Position numbers and translations under genes: made by a program. A DNA stretch of 64,000 nt from positions 24,056,001 to 24,120,000 of the forward strand of contig OZ038378.1 in the NCBI GenBank assembly GCA_964036045.1, in the 5' to 3' direction. The notes under the pieces were generated by a model. The model was not told where the DNA came from. It did no database searches and saw only the letters and a program-made list of their open reading frames with translations. The stretch is from Eutreptiella sp. 'Long Island Sound 2002' (lineage: Eukaryota > Protista > Euglenida). Positions 63,324-64,000 of this stretch are shown piece after piece (positions within the stretch are counted from its first letter, which is position 1; each line of letters opens with the position of its first letter).

Positions 63324-63717
63324 CCCCCCCCCCTTGTATAAGCTACGCCCTTGTCCAAGCTACAGTAGGCGTAGGGACTGTATTAATTTGGGACCTAATT
63401 TTAATTTGGTACCAAATGTAGTGCAGCCACATAAGACATGGGTTTTGTGACAAATTTGCGAGTCACATAGAGTCATGGACATATTTGTTGTGAGTGTTTG
63501 CCCACTTGAACCAACATAGCTCTGATTTTGGGGATTTTTGTGCATTAATGCCCCTTGCTTGCACCAGCTCACCATGCAATCCTCTCTTTTTGAACCTGGG
63601 CGCGTGGTGTCGGTAGTTCTATGTGTAGCGCGCAAGCTACGCCCATGTCCAAGCTACAGTAGGCGTACGTACCGTATCAATTTGGGACTTTGGCGTAGCT
63701 TATACAAGGGGGGGGGG
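63324..63717. mobile_element. MITE (394 bp) with TA TSD (Tc1/mariner-like)
   Basis: Perfect 26-bp TIR C10-TTGTATAAGCTACGCC; TA on both sides; the reconstructed empty site is the palindrome ATGTACAT; internal direct repeat at ~63341 and ~63635. Confidence 0.85.
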
Positions 63718-64000
63718 TACATGTGCTTAGAGGTCAGCTCTAGATGCCCCCCCCCCCCCGGATCGATACACAAACTCACACCAGCGAGTCAATTTTTGTG
63801 TGGTATGGTAACCTCTAGTGTTGCCACGTCAAGCCCCATCCCACGCCCCAAAACCTGTGCGAGCAGGTTTTGTACAGGCCCAAAAAACGCAAACCAGAAG
63901 CCTCGCACGACATTGCCATCAACACAAGCAACTACAAGATTGTACCACCTATGTAGTGCGGTGACACACCACACCACGCAACGCATCTTGCATGCAGTGG

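Noticed and set aside
1-64000. Fanzor/TnpB, Cas, viral capsid, rRNA, tRNA or spliced-leader RNA genes
   Set aside because: No RuvC motif set, capsid/ATPase signature or recognisable structural RNA was seen; diverged examples could be missed without HMM or covariance searches.

Overview
Repeat-dense eukaryotic nuclear DNA (GT-AG introns, microsatellites, nested decayed transposons); the organism cannot be determined from the sequence alone. No rRNA, tRNA, CRISPR or prokaryotic operon was seen. The standout feature is a near-complete 5.9-kb TIR-bounded DNA transposon (8-5930; CCC...GGG ends, apparent 2-bp AA TSD). It encodes an intron-containing RAG1/Transib-like DDE transposase plus a second, ~940-aa four-exon gene of unknown function, and all its internal non-coding segments carry a GCGCGCGCTA-type motif phased at ~21 bp. 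Also present: two tandem Helitron-like non-autonomous elements; a Penelope-like retroelement whose RT has a long insertion and an FMDN active-site motif; a rearranged chromodomain Ty3/gypsy; two 72-bp palindromic satellite arrays; two decayed tyrosine-recombinase elements; a nine-exon orphan gene (28908-32241) whose introns resemble one another; LINE fragments; several MITEs with TSDs; and two probable host genes (a repeat-bearing orphan ORF and a two-exon Mpv17/PMP22 gene). All family assignments come from motif recognition by eye; no database search was run.
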